Virus record (IMG/VR): IMGVR_UViG_3300020475_000931
Span: 1 to 28,488 of that record
Reading direction: 5' to 3' (one strand)
Length of the DNA: 28,488 bases
DNA from: a virus
Taxonomy: Duplodnaviria; Caudoviricetes
Both the position numbers and the translations under genes were made by a program. A model generated the notes under the pieces. It did no database searches and was not told the origin of the DNA. It saw only the letters and a list, made by a program, of their open reading frames with translations. This document shows, in pieces, positions 27,234-28,488 of the stretch. The stretch's first letter is position 1. Every line of letters begins with the position of its first letter.

Positions 27234-28488
27234 ATGGGAGCTCCTGTTTTACAGTTTAAGAGGGGTCAGTTTTCAAATCTACCGGGACTACGAGCAGGTG
27301 AACCGGGATTTACAACTGACAAATTCGACCTCTACGTGGGTATTGACTCCACGACATCAAATAATAAATTTTTTGGATCACATCGTTATTGGAACAAAGA
27401 AACTACTACGGTAGGTTCATCTGTTAGATTAGTTGAAGGAAGTAATAATGGTGCAAACTATATTGCACTCAAATCACCTAATTCACTTGCTGCAAACGTT
27501 ACCTACACTCTACCTGCAACAGATGTTGCAAACGGTATATTAGTAAGTGATGGGTCAGGTAATTTATCATATACAACAACAGTCACTGGATCTGGTTCAG
27601 GTTTATCAGCAGGAACTACACCTCTTACCACTCTTGATATAGACGGTGGTACTGATATTGGTGCCGATATTGCTGATGCCGATCTATTCATAGTAGATGA
27701 CGGTGCCGGTGGTACTAATCGTAAGACTGCTGCATCTAGAATCAAGAATTATGTTCTTGGTGGTGGTGCCGGTGCTACATTTGGTGCTATCAAGGTATCT
27801 GGTATTGGTACTGTTGCATTTGTAGATGCTACTCAACTCAAAGTATCTGGTGTTTCTACATTCACAGGCACAGTTGATATCAACGGAGCAATCGATGCTG
27901 ACGGTGGTGCTAATATCGCCGGTGGTGAAACAGTATTAAGTTCTGCTACAGTTTCTGATCTAACAGATAACAGAGTTGTCATCGCAGGTACATCTGGTGC
28001 TTTAGAAGATTCAGGAAACTTAACATTTGATGGTTCTACATTAGGTGTTACAGGAACTGTAAATGCAACTTCATTCACTGGATCTGGAGCAGGATTATCT
28101 GGTGGTACAACTCCAATTTCTACTTTAAATATAGATGGTGGCACAGATATAGGTGCTGATCTAGCGGATGCTGACTTGATCGTAGTTGATGATGGAGCAG
28201 GCGGTACAAACCGTAAGTCTGCAATGTCTAGAGTCAAGTCTTATGTTCTAGGTGGTGGATCAGGTGCTACATTTGCTGCAATCAATGTTACTGGTATTTC
28301 TACAAATGCCTTCGTTGATGCTACTCAGTTGAAAGTATCTGGTATCTCAACATTTACTGGACAGACAAACCACTCAACAATTAATGCTTCAAGCACTGTT
28401 ACTGGTACTGCATTCCATACAGGTGCTGAAGGATCTGCAATCAGAGTTACTTCAAACACAATCTCAGGTCCTGCTACAATCACTCTTG
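27234..28488 (+). CDS. Tail fibre protein, 3' end outside window
   Basis: My translation is open to the window end: MGAPVLQFKRGQFSNLPGLRAGEPGFTTDKFDLYVG... (Mtd-N-like fibre anchor QFKRG...GEPG...TD), LKSPNSLAANVTYTLP, and G/S/T-rich repeats. It is missing from the ORF track because it has no stop in the window. Confidence 0.85.
   Translation, partial: MGAPVLQFKRGQFSNLPGLRAGEPGFTTDKFDLYVGIDSTTSNNKFFGSHRYWNKETTTVGSSVRLVEGSNNGANYIALKSPNSLAANVTYTLPATDVANGILVSDGSGNLSYTTTVTGSGSGLSAGTTPLTTLDIDGGTDIGADIADADLFIVDDGAGGTNRKTAASRIKNYVLGGGAGATFGAIKVSGIGTVAFVDATQLKVSGVSTFTGTVDINGAIDADGGANIAGGETVLSSATVSDLTDNRVVIAGTSGALEDSGNLTFDGSTLGVTGTVNATSFTGSGAGLSGGTTPISTLNIDGGTDIGADLADADLIVVDDGAGGTNRKSAMSRVKSYVLGGGSGATFAAINVTGISTNAFVDATQLKVSGISTFTGQTNHSTINASSTVTGTAFHTGAEGSAIRVTSNTISGPATITL
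27585..28361 (+). repeat. Intragenic duplication of a 95-aa fibre module (27585-27869 and 28077-28361)
   Basis: TGSG.GLS.GTTP..TL.IDGGTDIGAD.ADADL..VDDGAGGTNRK...VDATQLKVSG.STFTG occurs twice at a 492-nt offset with no indels. Confidence 0.9.

Noticed and set aside
2186-28237. Numerous 60-190 aa antisense and alternate-frame ORFs inside the large genes (e.g. 15689..16255, 20709..21101, 27833..28237)
   Set aside because: These are shadow ORFs expected from codon bias of G/S/T/V-rich genes and the scarcity of antisense stops. The two in the fibre simply mirror its repeat.
27585-28361. Fibre repeats as a diversity-generating retroelement TR/VR pair
   Set aside because: Differences are mostly synonymous third-position changes, not adenine-specific. 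Both copies are in frame within one gene, and there is no reverse transcriptase in the window.
1-28488. tRNA genes, CRISPR arrays, IS elements, known cyanophage ncRNA motifs
   Set aside because: Intergenic gaps are short, and none showed a cloverleaf, repeat-spacer periodicity, transposase or a motif I could recognise. A covariance-model scan would be needed to exclude ncRNAs fully.

Overview
AT-rich segment of a T4-like myovirus genome, most like marine cyanomyoviruses (Kyanoviridae, P-SSM2/S-SM2-type). The left ~3.5 kb is an accessory block: a window-truncated minus-strand sulfotransferase-fold gene (missed by the ORF track), a free-standing HNH nuclease, a chain of micro-ORFs, a terminator-flanked GT-A glycosyltransferase cassette with a near-consensus sigma70 promoter, and a conserved hypothetical gene. 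The rest is the late baseplate/tail module: gp25, gp6 (with a C-terminal extension), a giant gp7 apparently split into 2725-aa and 1042-aa ORFs, gp8, a 2335-aa DUF4815/VrlC-like virion protein, small structural ORFs and the start of a tail fibre with an internal duplication. Two window-wide signals stand out. First, I found no copy of the asymmetric 5-mer CCAGS/SCTGG, and synonymous codon choice appears to avoid it. Second, a G-[IVLF]-[GSAT]-[ST] peptide motif recurs through the virion proteins next to glycosyl-/sulfotransferase genes, suggesting a possible virion-modification system. All family calls come from motif recognition by eye; no searches were run.
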